Shown in pieces: positions 46,821 to 55,749 of a DNA stretch of 64,000 bases. Made by a program: the position numbers and the translations under genes. The DNA lies in assembly GCA_017446775.1 (NCBI GenBank), contig JAFSQE010000001.1, positions 81,954-145,953 of the forward strand, read 5' to 3'. The DNA comes from Bacteroidales bacterium (GTDB taxonomy: Bacteria; Bacteroidota; Bacteroidia; Bacteroidales; UBA932). Within the stretch, counting starts at the first letter, position 1. Each line of letters begins with the position of its first letter. Under the pieces are notes generated by a model that had not been told where the DNA came from, ran no database searches, and saw only the letters and a list, made by a program, of their open reading frames with translations.

Positions 46821-48605
46821 CTACAGCTTCAGAACAGCCATGAACGCACTCTGCGGAACCTCTACGTTACCCACCTGACGCATACGCTTCTTACCCTGCT
46901 TCTGTTTCTCGAGCAGCTTGCGCTTGCGGGTGATATCGCCGCCATAGCATTTGGCGGTGACATCCTTGCGCACCTGCTTCACAGTTTCGCGGGCGATGAT
47001 CTTGGCGCCGATGGCGGCCTGGATGGCAATGTCAAACTGCTGGCGCGGTATCAGATCCTTGAGCTTCTCGCAGATGCGGCGGCCAAACTCGTAGGCGTGG
47101 TCGCGGTGTATCAGGCTGGAGAGGGCGTCGACCTGCTCTCCGTTAAGCAGGATATCGAGTTTTACCAGGTCTGCCTGACGGTATCCGATGATATGATAGT
47201 CGAAAGATGCGTAACCCTTTGAGATGGACTTGAGCCGGTCGTAGAAGTCAAACACGATCTCTGCCAGAGGCATGTCGTAGTTGAGTTCTACGCGGTCGGC
47301 GGTGATAAAGTGCTGGCTGACCAGCGTGCCCCGCTTGTCCAGGCAGAGCTTCATTATCGGCCCGAAGAAATCGCTGCGGGAGATAATCTGCGCCCTGATA
47401 TAGGGCTCGTCTATATGGTCTATGATATTCACCGCCGGGAGCCCGGACGGGTTATGTACCTGCACCACCTCCCGCTGCGTGGTATATACATTATAGGAGA
47501 CGTTGGGGACGGTTGTGATAACGTCCATGTCAAACTCGCGGAACAGTCGCTCCTGCACTATCTCCATGTGCAGCAGCCCCAGAAAACCGCAGCGGAAGCC
47601 GAATCCCAGCGCCAGCGAACTCTCGGGCTCAAACACCAGCGATGCATCGTTAAGCTGCAGCTTCTCCAGCGAAGAGCGCAACTGTTCGTATTCGTCCGCC
47701 TCTACGGGATATACACCGGCAAAAAGCATCGGCTTGACCTCTTCGAAACCGGCGATGGCGCTCTCGCAAGGGCGGTCGATATGGGTTATGGTGTCGCCCA
47801 CCTTAACCTCCACGGCATTCTTGATGCCGGAGATTATATATCCCACGCTGCCGCACTCTATCCTCTGGCGCGGCACAAGCTTCATCTTGAGCACACCCAC
47901 CTCGTCGGCGGCATATTCGCATCCGGTATTGAAGAATTTGACCTTGTCGCCCGCCGCGATGCTGCCATTGAGAACCTTGAAATAGGCGATGATACCGCGG
48001 AACGGGTTGAACACACTGTCAAAAATCAGTGCCTGCAGCGGCGCCTCGGGGTCTCCTGTGGGGGCGGGGATGCGGTCTACAATAGCGTCCAGCACGGCCT
48101 GGACCCCTTCTCCCGTTTTGGCGCTAACCGGCAGCACGTCGTCGGCGTCGCACCCGAGCAGGTCCACAATCTGGTCGCGTACCACCTCGACCTGCGCCGC
48201 ATCCATATCTATCTTATTGATAACGGGGATTATCTCCAGGTTGTGGTCTATCGCCAGATAGAGGTTGGAGATGGTCTGTGCCTGTATGCCCTGGGTGGCA
48301 TCCACCACCAGCAGCGCCCCCTCGCAGGAGGCAATCGCACGCGACACCTCGTAAGAGAAATCGACGTGGCCGGGGGTGTCAATCAGGTTCAGGATATACT
48401 TCTCGCCATCTTTCTCGTAATCCATCTGGATGGCGTGGCTCTTGATGGTGATGCCCTTCTCCTTCTCCAGATCCATCGAATCCAGCACCTGATTCTCCAT
48501 TTCCCGCTGGTCCAGAGTCTTGGTAAACTCCAGCATACGGTCGGCCAGCGTGCTCTTGCCGTGGTCGATATGGGCTATGATGCAGAAATCGCGAATATTT
48601 TTCAT
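46821..48605 (-). CDS. lepA: Translation elongation factor 4 (LepA)
   Basis: 594 aa from ATG 48605 ([23 protein letters not shown]). It has the canonical G motifs ([12 protein letters not shown]) and a LepA C-terminal domain. The ORF-track start at 48641 lies upstream of the promoter box. Confidence 0.95.
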   Translation of the reverse strand: MKNIRDFCIIAHIDHGKSTLADRMLEFTKTLDQREMENQVLDSMDLEKEKGITIKSHAIQMDYEKDGEKYILNLIDTPGHVDFSYEVSRAIASCEGALLVVDATQGIQAQTISNLYLAIDHNLEIIPVINKIDMDAAQVEVVRDQIVDLLGCDADDVLPVSAKTGEGVQAVLDAIVDRIPAPTGDPEAPLQALIFDSVFNPFRGIIAYFKVLNGSIAAGDKVKFFNTGCEYAADEVGVLKMKLVPRQRIECGSVGYIISGIKNAVEVKVGDTITHIDRPCESAIAGFEEVKPMLFAGVYPVEADEYEQLRSSLEKLQLNDASLVFEPESSLALGFGFRCGFLGLLHMEIVQERLFREFDMDVITTVPNVSYNVYTTQREVVQVHNPSGLPAVNIIDHIDEPYIRAQIISRSDFFGPIMKLCLDKRGTLVSQHFITADRVELNYDMPLAEIVFDFYDRLKSISKGYASFDYHIIGYRQADLVKLDILLNGEQVDALSSLIHRDHAYEFGRRICEKLKDLIPRQQFDIAIQAAIGAKIIARETVKQVRKDVTAKCYGGDITRKRKLLEKQKQGKKRMRQVGNVEVPQSAFMAVLKL

Positions 48606-48627
48606 ACGGGCGGGCGTATAACGGGTA

Positions 48628-48635
48628 CAAATATA
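48628..48635 (-). promoter_or_regulatory. -7 promoter box (TATATTTG on the minus strand) for lepA
   Basis: Exact TAnnTTTG match 23 nt upstream of ATG 48605. Confidence 0.4.
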
Positions 48636-48648
48636 CATCAAAAATCGT

Positions 48649-48656
48649 TATTTTTG
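48649..48656 (+). promoter_or_regulatory. -7 promoter box (TATTTTTG) for tkt
   Basis: Exact TAnnTTTG match 44 nt upstream of ATG 48700, back-to-back with the lepA box. Confidence 0.4.
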
Positions 48657-48699
48657 TGAGATGTAAAAACCAACCGCCAAATAAGCAAAACCAAACTAT

Positions 48700-50712
48700 A
48701 TGAACAGAATCGCTACAATGAATCTCGCGGCGGACAATATCCGTATCCTGGCCGCATCTATGGTAGAAAAAGCTAATTCGGGCCACCCCGGCGGCGCCAT
48801 GGGCGGGGCCGATTTTATCAACGTCCTCTTCTCCGAATTCCTGGTGTATGACCCGGAAAATCCCCGTTGGGAGAGCCGTGACCGCTTTTTCCTGGATCCC
48901 GGACACATGTCCCCGATGCTTTACTCTACCCTGGCCCTCACCGGCAAGTTCAAGATGAAAGAGCTTGAGGCGTTCCGCCAGTGGGGCAGCCCCACCCCCG
49001 GACACCCCGAGGTTTGTGTAGAGCGCGGCATAGAGAACACCTCCGGCCCGCTGGGTCAGGGACACACCTTTGCCGTGGGCGCAGCCATCGCCGCAAAATT
49101 CCTGGCAGCACGCCTGGGCAAGGAGGTGATGGGACACACCATCTATGCATATATCTCCGACGGCGGCATCCAGGAGGAGATTTCGCAGGGAGCAGGGCGT
49201 CTGGCAGGCCACCTGAAGCTGGACAACCTTATCATGTTCTACGACAGCAACGATATCCAGCTCTCTACCGAGGTGAAGGATGTCACCAGCGAAGATGTAG
49301 CGAAGAAATACCAGGCCTGGGGCTGGAAGGTATTCGAGATAAACGGCAACGACGTGCAGCAGATACGCCGCGCCCTGAAGAAGGCGCAGGCCGTTACCGA
49401 TGCCCCGACCCTTATAATAGGCCACACCGTGATGGGCAAGGGAGCCCGCAAGGCCGACGGCAGCAGCTATGAGAATTGCTGCGCTACCCACGGCGCACCC
49501 CTTGGCGGCGATGCATACGTCAACACCATCAAGAACCTGGGCGGCGACCCCGAGAACCCTTTCAAGGTATTCCCCAACGTCAAGAGGCTCTACAACCGCC
49601 GTCGCAAAGAGCTGCTTGCAATAGTGGCAGAGCGCAAGGCGGCAAAGGCAGCCTGGGCAAAGGCCAACCCCGACAAGGCAGCCAAGCTGGAGAAATGGTT
49701 CAGCGGCGCAGCTCCCGAGGTTAACTGGGCAGCCATCTCCCAGAAGGCCGGCGCTGCTACCCGCGCAGCCAGCAGCACCGTGCTGGGTGCACTGGCAGAG
49801 CAGGTAGAGAACATGATCGTATCGTCTGCCGACCTCTCCAATTCCGACAAGACCGACGGATTCTTGAAAAAGACCCATGCTTTCACGGCGGGCGACTTCT
49901 CCGGCGCATTCCTGCAGGCCGGTGTGGCAGAGCTCACAATGGCCTGCTGCTGTCTGGGTATGGCACTGCACGGCGGCGTGATACCTGCCTGCGGCACCTT
50001 CTTCGTGTTCTCTGACTACATGAAGCCCGCTATCCGCATGGCGGCGCTTATGGAAACCCCCGTCAAGTTCATCTGGACCCACGATGCATTCCGCGTAGGT
50101 GAGGACGGCCCTACCCACGAACCTGTAGAGCAGGAGGCACAGATCCGCCTTATGGAGAAGCTCAAAAACCACCACGGCAAAAACTCCGCACTGGTGCTGC
50201 GTCCCGCAGATGTAGAGGAGACCACCGAGGCGTGGAAGCTCGCCATGGAGAACACCTCCACCCCTACCTGCCTGATACTCTCCCGCCAGAACATCACCAA
50301 CCTCCCCGAGGGGAACGACTACAGCCAGGTTGCCAAGGGCGCATACATTGTGGCAGGCAGCGACGCCCGCTACGATGTAATCATGGTGGCTTCCGGCAGC
50401 GAAGTATCCACACTGGTGGCCGGCGCAGAGCTGCTGCGCAAAGACGGCATCAAGGTGCGTATCGTATCGGCTCCCTCAGAGGGTCTGTTCCGCAGCCAGA
50501 GCAAGGCATATCAGCAGAGCGTGCTGCCTGCAGGCAAAAAGGTATTCGGCCTCACCGCCGGCCTCCCCGTAAATCTGGAGGGTCTGGTTGGGGCGTCTGG
50601 CAAGGTATTTGGACTTGAGAGCTTCGGTTTCTCGGCTCCCTATAAAGTCCTTGACCAGAAGCTGGGATTCACCGCAGAAAACGTTTACAACCAGGTCAAG
50701 GCGATGCTGTAA
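48700..50712 (+). CDS. tkt: Transketolase
   Basis: 670 aa. It carries SGHPGGAMG, the ThDP motif GDGGIQEEIS-type segment (ISDGGIQEEISQGA) and HDAFRVGEDGPTHEPVEQ. Confidence 0.95.
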   Translation: MNRIATMNLAADNIRILAASMVEKANSGHPGGAMGGADFINVLFSEFLVYDPENPRWESRDRFFLDPGHMSPMLYSTLALTGKFKMKELEAFRQWGSPTPGHPEVCVERGIENTSGPLGQGHTFAVGAAIAAKFLAARLGKEVMGHTIYAYISDGGIQEEISQGAGRLAGHLKLDNLIMFYDSNDIQLSTEVKDVTSEDVAKKYQAWGWKVFEINGNDVQQIRRALKKAQAVTDAPTLIIGHTVMGKGARKADGSSYENCCATHGAPLGGDAYVNTIKNLGGDPENPFKVFPNVKRLYNRRRKELLAIVAERKAAKAAWAKANPDKAAKLEKWFSGAAPEVNWAAISQKAGAATRAASSTVLGALAEQVENMIVSSADLSNSDKTDGFLKKTHAFTAGDFSGAFLQAGVAELTMACCCLGMALHGGVIPACGTFFVFSDYMKPAIRMAALMETPVKFIWTHDAFRVGEDGPTHEPVEQEAQIRLMEKLKNHHGKNSALVLRPADVEETTEAWKLAMENTSTPTCLILSRQNITNLPEGNDYSQVAKGAYIVAGSDARYDVIMVASGSEVSTLVAGAELLRKDGIKVRIVSAPSEGLFRSQSKAYQQSVLPAGKKVFGLTAGLPVNLEGLVGASGKVFGLESFGFSAPYKVLDQKLGFTAENVYNQVKAML

Positions 50713-50715
50713 CGC

Positions 50716-51264
50716 GTGACAGACGACGATGCCATAATCCGGCTTTTCAAGGCCGGAAAAAAAGAAGAGGCGTTCAACCATATAGTCAAAAACTACGGTG
50801 AACGCCTCTACTGGCATATCCGCCGGCTGGTATTGGTGCACGAGGATGCCGACGATTTGCTGCAGAACACCTTTATGAAGGCGTGGAGCGCTTTGGATGG
50901 TTTCCGCGGCGAGAGCGGCCTGTTCACCTGGCTCTGGCGCATAGCTACCAACGAGACGCTCTCTTTCCTGTCGCGGCAGCGTATCGCCCAAGGCGTTTCT
51001 GCAGAAGAAGAACGGGTTGCAAACACCCTTAAGGCCGACCGCAACTTCGATGGCGACAAGTTGCAGCTGTTGCTGCAGCAGGCCATCGCCACCCTGCCCC
51101 CGAAACAGCGTGTGGTGTTTACCATGCGTTACTACGACGAGACTCCGTACGACAAGATGTCCCGTATCCTGGCCACCAGCACCGGAGCCCTCAAGGCCTC
51201 TTACCACCACGCCTACACAAAGGTGCTGGAGTACGTCAAGGCAAGGATCGATATCGACTATTAA
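50716..51264 (+). CDS. ECF-type RNA polymerase sigma factor (sigma-70 family, regions 2 and 4)
   Basis: 182 aa with a GTG start 4 nt after the tkt stop. Region 2 is DADDLLQNTFMKAW and FTWLWRIATNE. Region 4 is LPPKQRVVFTMRYYDETPYDKMSRILATSTGALK. Confidence 0.85.
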   Translation: MTDDDAIIRLFKAGKKEEAFNHIVKNYGERLYWHIRRLVLVHEDADDLLQNTFMKAWSALDGFRGESGLFTWLWRIATNETLSFLSRQRIAQGVSAEEERVANTLKADRNFDGDKLQLLLQQAIATLPPKQRVVFTMRYYDETPYDKMSRILATSTGALKASYHHAYTKVLEYVKARIDIDY

Positions 51265-51293
51265 ACTTTACGGGTATTATTACGTCTAAATGT

Positions 51294-51713
51294 TTGAATA
51301 TGTTTGAAACGGACGACATACTGCAGCGCGCAGAGCTAAAAAAGGGCGCATTCTCTGTCCCGGAGGGTTATTTCGACTCTCTGGAGGAAAGAGTCATGCA
51401 GCGCATCGGTGAAAAGAAACCCGCCGGACGCCGCACTCCGCTGCCCAAATGGTGGATCAGCGCCGCTGCCGCCTGCGCTGTCGCCCTTCTGGCGCTTTCC
51501 ATCCGGTTTTACATCACTCCGGGCACAGATGCTACCGCTTACGACGATGATTCCGGGTACATAGAACTGATGGACGTCAGTTCCCGGACTCTGGCAGAAT
51601 ATGAGCAGGAGGGCGAACCGGAAGACATTTCACAGGACGCAATCATTGAATATCTCGCCTACAACGGCATTGGCAGCGCCTACCTGTATGAGCAGCTGGC
51701 CGGGGCGGAATAA
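51294..51713 (+). CDS. Putative single-pass membrane anti-sigma factor
   Basis: 139 aa with one TM segment (WWISAAAACAVALLALSI). It lies immediately downstream of the ECF sigma gene. No recognisable zinc-binding anti-sigma motif is present. Confidence 0.45.
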   Translation: MNMFETDDILQRAELKKGAFSVPEGYFDSLEERVMQRIGEKKPAGRRTPLPKWWISAAAACAVALLALSIRFYITPGTDATAYDDDSGYIELMDVSSRTLAEYEQEGEPEDISQDAIIEYLAYNGIGSAYLYEQLAGAE

Positions 51714-51725
51714 AACATCACGAAT

Positions 51726-52232
51726 ATGAAAAGACTTTTAACGATTTGCCTTCTGGCAGCACTCAGTCTGGGGACCTTTGCCCAGGATAAGGGGAAGCAC
51801 GTCAATCCCGAAAAGATGCACGAGCGGTTCCATGCCGACAAAGTGGCCTTCCTCTCCCAAAAGATGGATCTGACCGTAAAAGAGGCCGAGGCATTCTGGC
51901 CAATCTATAACGAATATACCAAAGAGGCAGACCTGGCCCACAGGGCCGTTATGGATGCCATCGGCAAGATTCACAATGCCGGGGAACTCTCCGACGGAGA
52001 GGCCGCTGCCGCGATAGATGCCCTGCTGGCTGCCCAGAAACAAGAGAACGACCTGATGGCGCAATATACCGAGAGGTTCAAGCAGGTATTGCCGGTTAAG
52101 AAGGTTGCCGCATTCTTTGCTGCAGAGGATGCTTTCCGCAAGCATCTGTTCCGCCAGTTCAAGGATAAAGAGCGACCTGCCGGCAAAACAAAACACGCCA
52201 AGAAAGAGGCTACAGATAAAACTCAGAAGTAA
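51726..52232 (+). CDS. Secreted helical periplasmic protein (Spy/CpxP-like candidate)
   Basis: 168 aa with a signal peptide (LSLGTFAQ). It is helical, Lys/Glu/Ala-rich and is the third gene of the ECF triad. The function is inferred from context only. Confidence 0.4.
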   Translation: MKRLLTICLLAALSLGTFAQDKGKHVNPEKMHERFHADKVAFLSQKMDLTVKEAEAFWPIYNEYTKEADLAHRAVMDAIGKIHNAGELSDGEAAAAIDALLAAQKQENDLMAQYTERFKQVLPVKKVAAFFAAEDAFRKHLFRQFKDKERPAGKTKHAKKEATDKTQK

Positions 52233-52899
52233 GCTGATGATAACGCTCGTCCCCCACGACGAGCGTTTCTGTTTGCTGGCCGGCAGCGGCAGAAACAGTC
52301 AGTTCCAGCATCAGCCGGCTGGCTGGCTTGTCTGACCTGGTCTTTACAAAGCACTGGCGGCGGACAGACCATCCGGCAACGGTGGCTTCGTAAATCATAC
52401 TTTTCCCCTGCTCTATGGGCAGAATCAGCGACAGATGCCCCTGCTGCCCTAAAAGATACCGGGCTGCATCAAGCAGGTCGCTGCGCTTTAGGGTATCGGT
52501 GCAGCGGGCGGCGTCTCGGCTTTCACTGCCGCCAGAGGGGCTGGAATCGTAATAGGGCGGATTGCAGAATATGGCATCGTAGCCGCCCGCTGCGGCCTGC
52601 GCCGCAAACTTCTGGAGCGAAATCTGCCTTGCAGCCAGATGTGCCGCCCAGGGCGATGCCGCAAAATTATCGGCCGCATCGGCCACCGCACCGGCATCGA
52701 TATCAATAGCATCGATTTTAAAAGAAGCGCCGGCGAGCTTCTGGGCCGCCATCAGCGCCAGGATTCCGCATCCGCAGCCAACATCCAGCAGCCGCCCTGC
52801 GCCGCAGAAATCCATCCACGCGCCCAAAAGCACAGAATCTGCGCCGACTTTCATCGCGCAGCGACTGTCATCTACAGAAAAACGTTTGAAGGAAAACAC
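52210..52899 (-). CDS. tRNA (adenine-N6)-methyltransferase-like SAM-dependent methyltransferase (YfiC/TrmN6 type)
   Basis: 229 aa. The N-terminus is FKRFSVDDSRCAMKVGADSVLLGAW, the SAM motif is LLDVGCGCGILALM, and the catalytic motif is NPPYY. Confidence 0.8.
   Translation of the reverse strand: MFSFKRFSVDDSRCAMKVGADSVLLGAWMDFCGAGRLLDVGCGCGILALMAAQKLAGASFKIDAIDIDAGAVADAADNFAASPWAAHLAARQISLQKFAAQAAAGGYDAIFCNPPYYDSSPSGGSESRDAARCTDTLKRSDLLDAARYLLGQQGHLSLILPIEQGKSMIYEATVAGWSVRRQCFVKTRSDKPASRLMLELTVSAAAGQQTETLVVGDERYHQLTSEFYL
52242..52273 (+). terminator. Terminator-like hairpin for the ECF triad, embedded in the 3' end of the convergent methyltransferase gene
   Basis: Perfect 10-bp stem AACGCTCGTC / GACGAGCGTT with a 6-nt loop, followed by TCTGTTT (a weak U-tract). 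Confidence 0.4.
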
Positions 52900-52904
52900 G
52901 GTTT

Positions 52905-53555
52905 CTAGATAAACAAACCGTCTTTCATCTCCAGAGTGCGGTCGCTCATAGCGGCCAGCTCCTTGTCGTGCGTCACTATGACGATGGTGATGCCATATTT
53001 GTCGCGCAGGGTAAAGAACATCCTGTGAAGTTCTGCCCGGGTGACGCTGTCCAGGTTGCCGCTGGGCTCGTCGGCCAGCAGTATCGAGGGGGAATTAATA
53101 AGCGCCCGCGCCACCGCGACACGCTGCTGCTCCCCGCCGGAGAGCTCAGAGGGCTTGTGGGTCATGCGGGCCGCCACCCCCAGGTCCTCGAACAGGGCGC
53201 GGGCACGGTCGCGGACTGCAGCATCGCACCTCCCCCCTATCATTGCCGGCAGCAGCACGTTCTCCATCGCGGTGAATTCCGGAAGAAGGTGGTGAAACTG
53301 GAACACGAAGCCGATCTTGCTGTTGCGGAAAGCCGCCAGCGATTTCTCCCCCAGCGAGAAGATGTCGGTGCCGTCTATGAGCACCTTGCCGGCATCGGGA
53401 CGCGAAAGCGACCCCAGAATAGAGAGCAGAGTAGATTTCCCCGCCCCGCTGGCACCCACGATGCTCACCACCTCGCGGTCGCGGGCAGAAAAATCGATAC
53501 CCTTAAGAACCTTAAGGGTACCGAATGATTTTTCTATGCCAGTAGCTTGAATCAA
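52905..53555 (-). CDS. ABC transporter ATP-binding protein, LolD/FtsE-like
   Basis: 216 aa from TTG 53555 (M/LIQATGIEKSF). It has Walker A GASGAGKST, signature LSGGEQQRVAVARAL and Walker B ILLADEP. The ORF-track start at 53624 overlaps the upstream gene and adds an Arg/Ser-rich artefactual N-terminus. Confidence 0.75.
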   Translation of the reverse strand: MIQATGIEKSFGTLKVLKGIDFSARDREVVSIVGASGAGKSTLLSILGSLSRPDAGKVLIDGTDIFSLGEKSLAAFRNSKIGFVFQFHHLLPEFTAMENVLLPAMIGGRCDAAVRDRARALFEDLGVAARMTHKPSELSGGEQQRVAVARALINSPSILLADEPSGNLDSVTRAELHRMFFTLRDKYGITIVIVTHDKELAAMSDRTLEMKDGLFI

Positions 53556-53568
53556 AGCTGCAGAGGTA

Positions 53569-55686
53569 TTACTCCTCCTCTTTCTGCTCCTCCTCGTAAG
53601 CCTTGAGAAGCTTCTCCTGTACATCCATAGGTACCTGCTGGTACTCTATGAAGCTCATGGTGAAGGTTCCGCGACCGGAAGAGATAGAGCTCAGAGTGGT
53701 GGAATATCTATAAAGTTCTGCCAGAGGAACGCGTGCGCGGAGAATCTGGAAGCCCTTTTCTGCCCCCATACCCTCGATTATACCGCGACGGTTCTGGATA
53801 TCGCTCATCACATCGCCCATGCAGTCGCCGGGAACCATTACCTCAACCATGTAGATAGGCTCCAGAAGCTTGGGACCAGCTGCCTTGAAGGCCTCCTTGA
53901 AGGCGTTGCGGCCGGCGATGATAAACGCGATTTCCTTAGAGTCAACGGGGTGCATCTTACCGTCGTATACATACACGCGGATGTCGCGGGCATACGAACC
54001 GGTGAGCGGACCCTCTTCCAGCTTCTGCATGATACCCTTCTTGATGGCGGGCATGAAGCCGGCGTCGATAGCGCCACCCACAACGCAGTTGAAGAACTCG
54101 AACTTACCGCCCCAGTCCAGAGGGAATTCCTCTTTGCCCTTGATGGTGAGCTGGGTGTCCTTGCCGTCTATCTTGAAGCGGCCGGTAGGTTCTACGCCCT
54201 CTACGATGGGTTCTACAAGCAGGTGAACTTCACCAAACTGACCTGCACCACCCGACTGCTTCTTGTGACGGTACTGTGCGGTAGCGACCTTGGTGATGGT
54301 TTCGCGATACGGGATCTTGGGAGCGAAGAACTCCACGTCGATCTTATAATCGTTGTTCAGATGCCACTTGAGGATATTGATGTGCTGCTCGCCCATGCCG
54401 TTGATGATGGTCTGACGCAGCTCCTTGGAGTATTCTACGCGGAGGGTCGGATCCTCTGCGGCAGCGCGGTTGAGTGCCTCGCCCAGCTTCTCGTCGTCCT
54501 TCTCGTCAAGGGCGCGGATAGCTGTACGGTATTTTGCCTGAGGGAACTCGATGGGCGGGAATGCCACGTCGTTGCCGGGAGCGTTGAGAGTCTGGTTGGT
54601 CTTGACAGCTTTCAGCTTCACGGTGCAACCCATGTCGCCTGCCACCAGCTCGGTGACTTTCTCTTTCTTCTTGCCTGCAACAGCGAAGAGAGTGGTGATG
54701 CGCTCTTTGCCACCGTTGTCAACGTTTACAAAATCCTGACCTTCGGATATCTTACCGGATACTACCTTGAAGTAGGTAACATCGCCCAGATGCTGCTCCA
54801 GGGCGGTCTTGTATACGAACAGGGATGTCTTGCCGGCTGCATCCTCCTTTGGAGCGGGAGCCACCTCGGTGAGGAATTCGAGCATGCGCTTAACGCCCAT
54901 GTCTTTCTTTGCGCTGATGCAGAATACAGGGTAGAATTCGCCCTTCACAAAGCCCAGGTTCAGACCCTTGTGGAGCTCTTCTTCTGTAAGCTCGCCAGCC
55001 TCGAAGAATTTCTCCATCAGGGCTTCGTCGCTCTCTGCAGCCATCTCCACCATAGCGGAATGCATCTCCTCTGCTCGGTCGGCCAGGTTTGCGGGAATAT
55101 CGCACTCCTCTGTCTTACCGTCCTCGCCAGAGAACTTGTACATCTTCATCTTGAGTACGTCCACAACTGCGTTGAACTCCATACCGGGGTTAACGGGGAA
55201 CTGTACGGGAACCGCCTTTGCGCCGAATGCCTGATGCAGGCTGTCCAGGGTGTTGTCCCAGTTTGCCTTCTCTGTTTCGAGCTGGTTGACAGCGATCAGC
55301 ACGGGTTTGTGGTACTGCTCTGCATAGCGGCCGTGGATCTCTGTGCCCACCTCGACGCCAGCGCCAGCATTTACAACCATAACTGCGGAGTCGCACACGT
55401 TCAGGCCAAGGATTGCACCCTCGATAAAGTCGTCGGCACCGGCTGCATCAATAAAGTTCAGCTTGTGGTTTGCGAACTCTGCGTAGAACGGAGTGGAATA
55501 GATAGAGCGCTGGAAAATCTGCTCTACCTCTGTGTTGTCGGATACCGTGTTTTTGCCTTCGATGGTCCCGCGACGGTCGATAACGCCACCTTCAAACATG
55601 ATGGTTTCGGCAAGGGTGGTTTTACCGCAGCGGGTACCGCCCAGGAGTACGACGTTGCGAATAAGGTCTGTGGAGTAATTTTTCAT
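53569..55686 (-). CDS. Elongation factor G paralogue with a degenerate GTPase centre (EF-G2-like)
   Basis: 705 aa with the full five-domain EF-G architecture. The P-loop GGTRCGKT is retained. ERGITI is replaced by [14 protein letters not shown] by DAAGADDF (the catalytic His becomes Ala84), and NKMD by NQLE. Confidence 0.85.
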   Translation of the reverse strand: MKNYSTDLIRNVVLLGGTRCGKTTLAETIMFEGGVIDRRGTIEGKNTVSDNTEVEQIFQRSIYSTPFYAEFANHKLNFIDAAGADDFIEGAILGLNVCDSAVMVVNAGAGVEVGTEIHGRYAEQYHKPVLIAVNQLETEKANWDNTLDSLHQAFGAKAVPVQFPVNPGMEFNAVVDVLKMKMYKFSGEDGKTEECDIPANLADRAEEMHSAMVEMAAESDEALMEKFFEAGELTEEELHKGLNLGFVKGEFYPVFCISAKKDMGVKRMLEFLTEVAPAPKEDAAGKTSLFVYKTALEQHLGDVTYFKVVSGKISEGQDFVNVDNGGKERITTLFAVAGKKKEKVTELVAGDMGCTVKLKAVKTNQTLNAPGNDVAFPPIEFPQAKYRTAIRALDEKDDEKLGEALNRAAAEDPTLRVEYSKELRQTIINGMGEQHINILKWHLNNDYKIDVEFFAPKIPYRETITKVATAQYRHKKQSGGAGQFGEVHLLVEPIVEGVEPTGRFKIDGKDTQLTIKGKEEFPLDWGGKFEFFNCVVGGAIDAGFMPAIKKGIMQKLEEGPLTGSYARDIRVYVYDGKMHPVDSKEIAFIIAGRNAFKEAFKAAGPKLLEPIYMVEVMVPGDCMGDVMSDIQNRRGIIEGMGAEKGFQILRARVPLAELYRYSTTLSSISSGRGTFTMSFIEYQQVPMDVQEKLLKAYEEEQKEEE

Positions 55687-55741
55687 TTCTGTTTATTATT
55701 ATTTTTTGATTATTCCGCTATTTATTGCGCGATAAAGCGTG

Positions 55742-55749
55742 CAAAGCTA
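55742..55749 (-). promoter_or_regulatory. -7 promoter box (TAGCTTTG on the minus strand) for the EF-G paralogue
   Basis: Exact TAnnTTTG match 56 nt upstream of ATG 55686. It overlaps the stop codon of the upstream peptidase gene. Confidence 0.4.

Noticed and set aside
48379-50175. 598-aa minus-strand ORF antisense to tkt. Similar long antisense ORFs lie at 1594-3210, 4279-5763, 8299-9672, 13246-14787, 36491-37849, 38687-39592, 41966-42730, 43406-44383, 47310-48659, 60554-61546 and 61573-62655.
   Set aside because: Each lies opposite a gene with strong family motifs. Each has an Arg/Gly/Ala/His/Val-rich featureless translation and lacks a promoter box or plausible start context. Such open antisense frames are expected in roughly 60 percent GC coding sequence.
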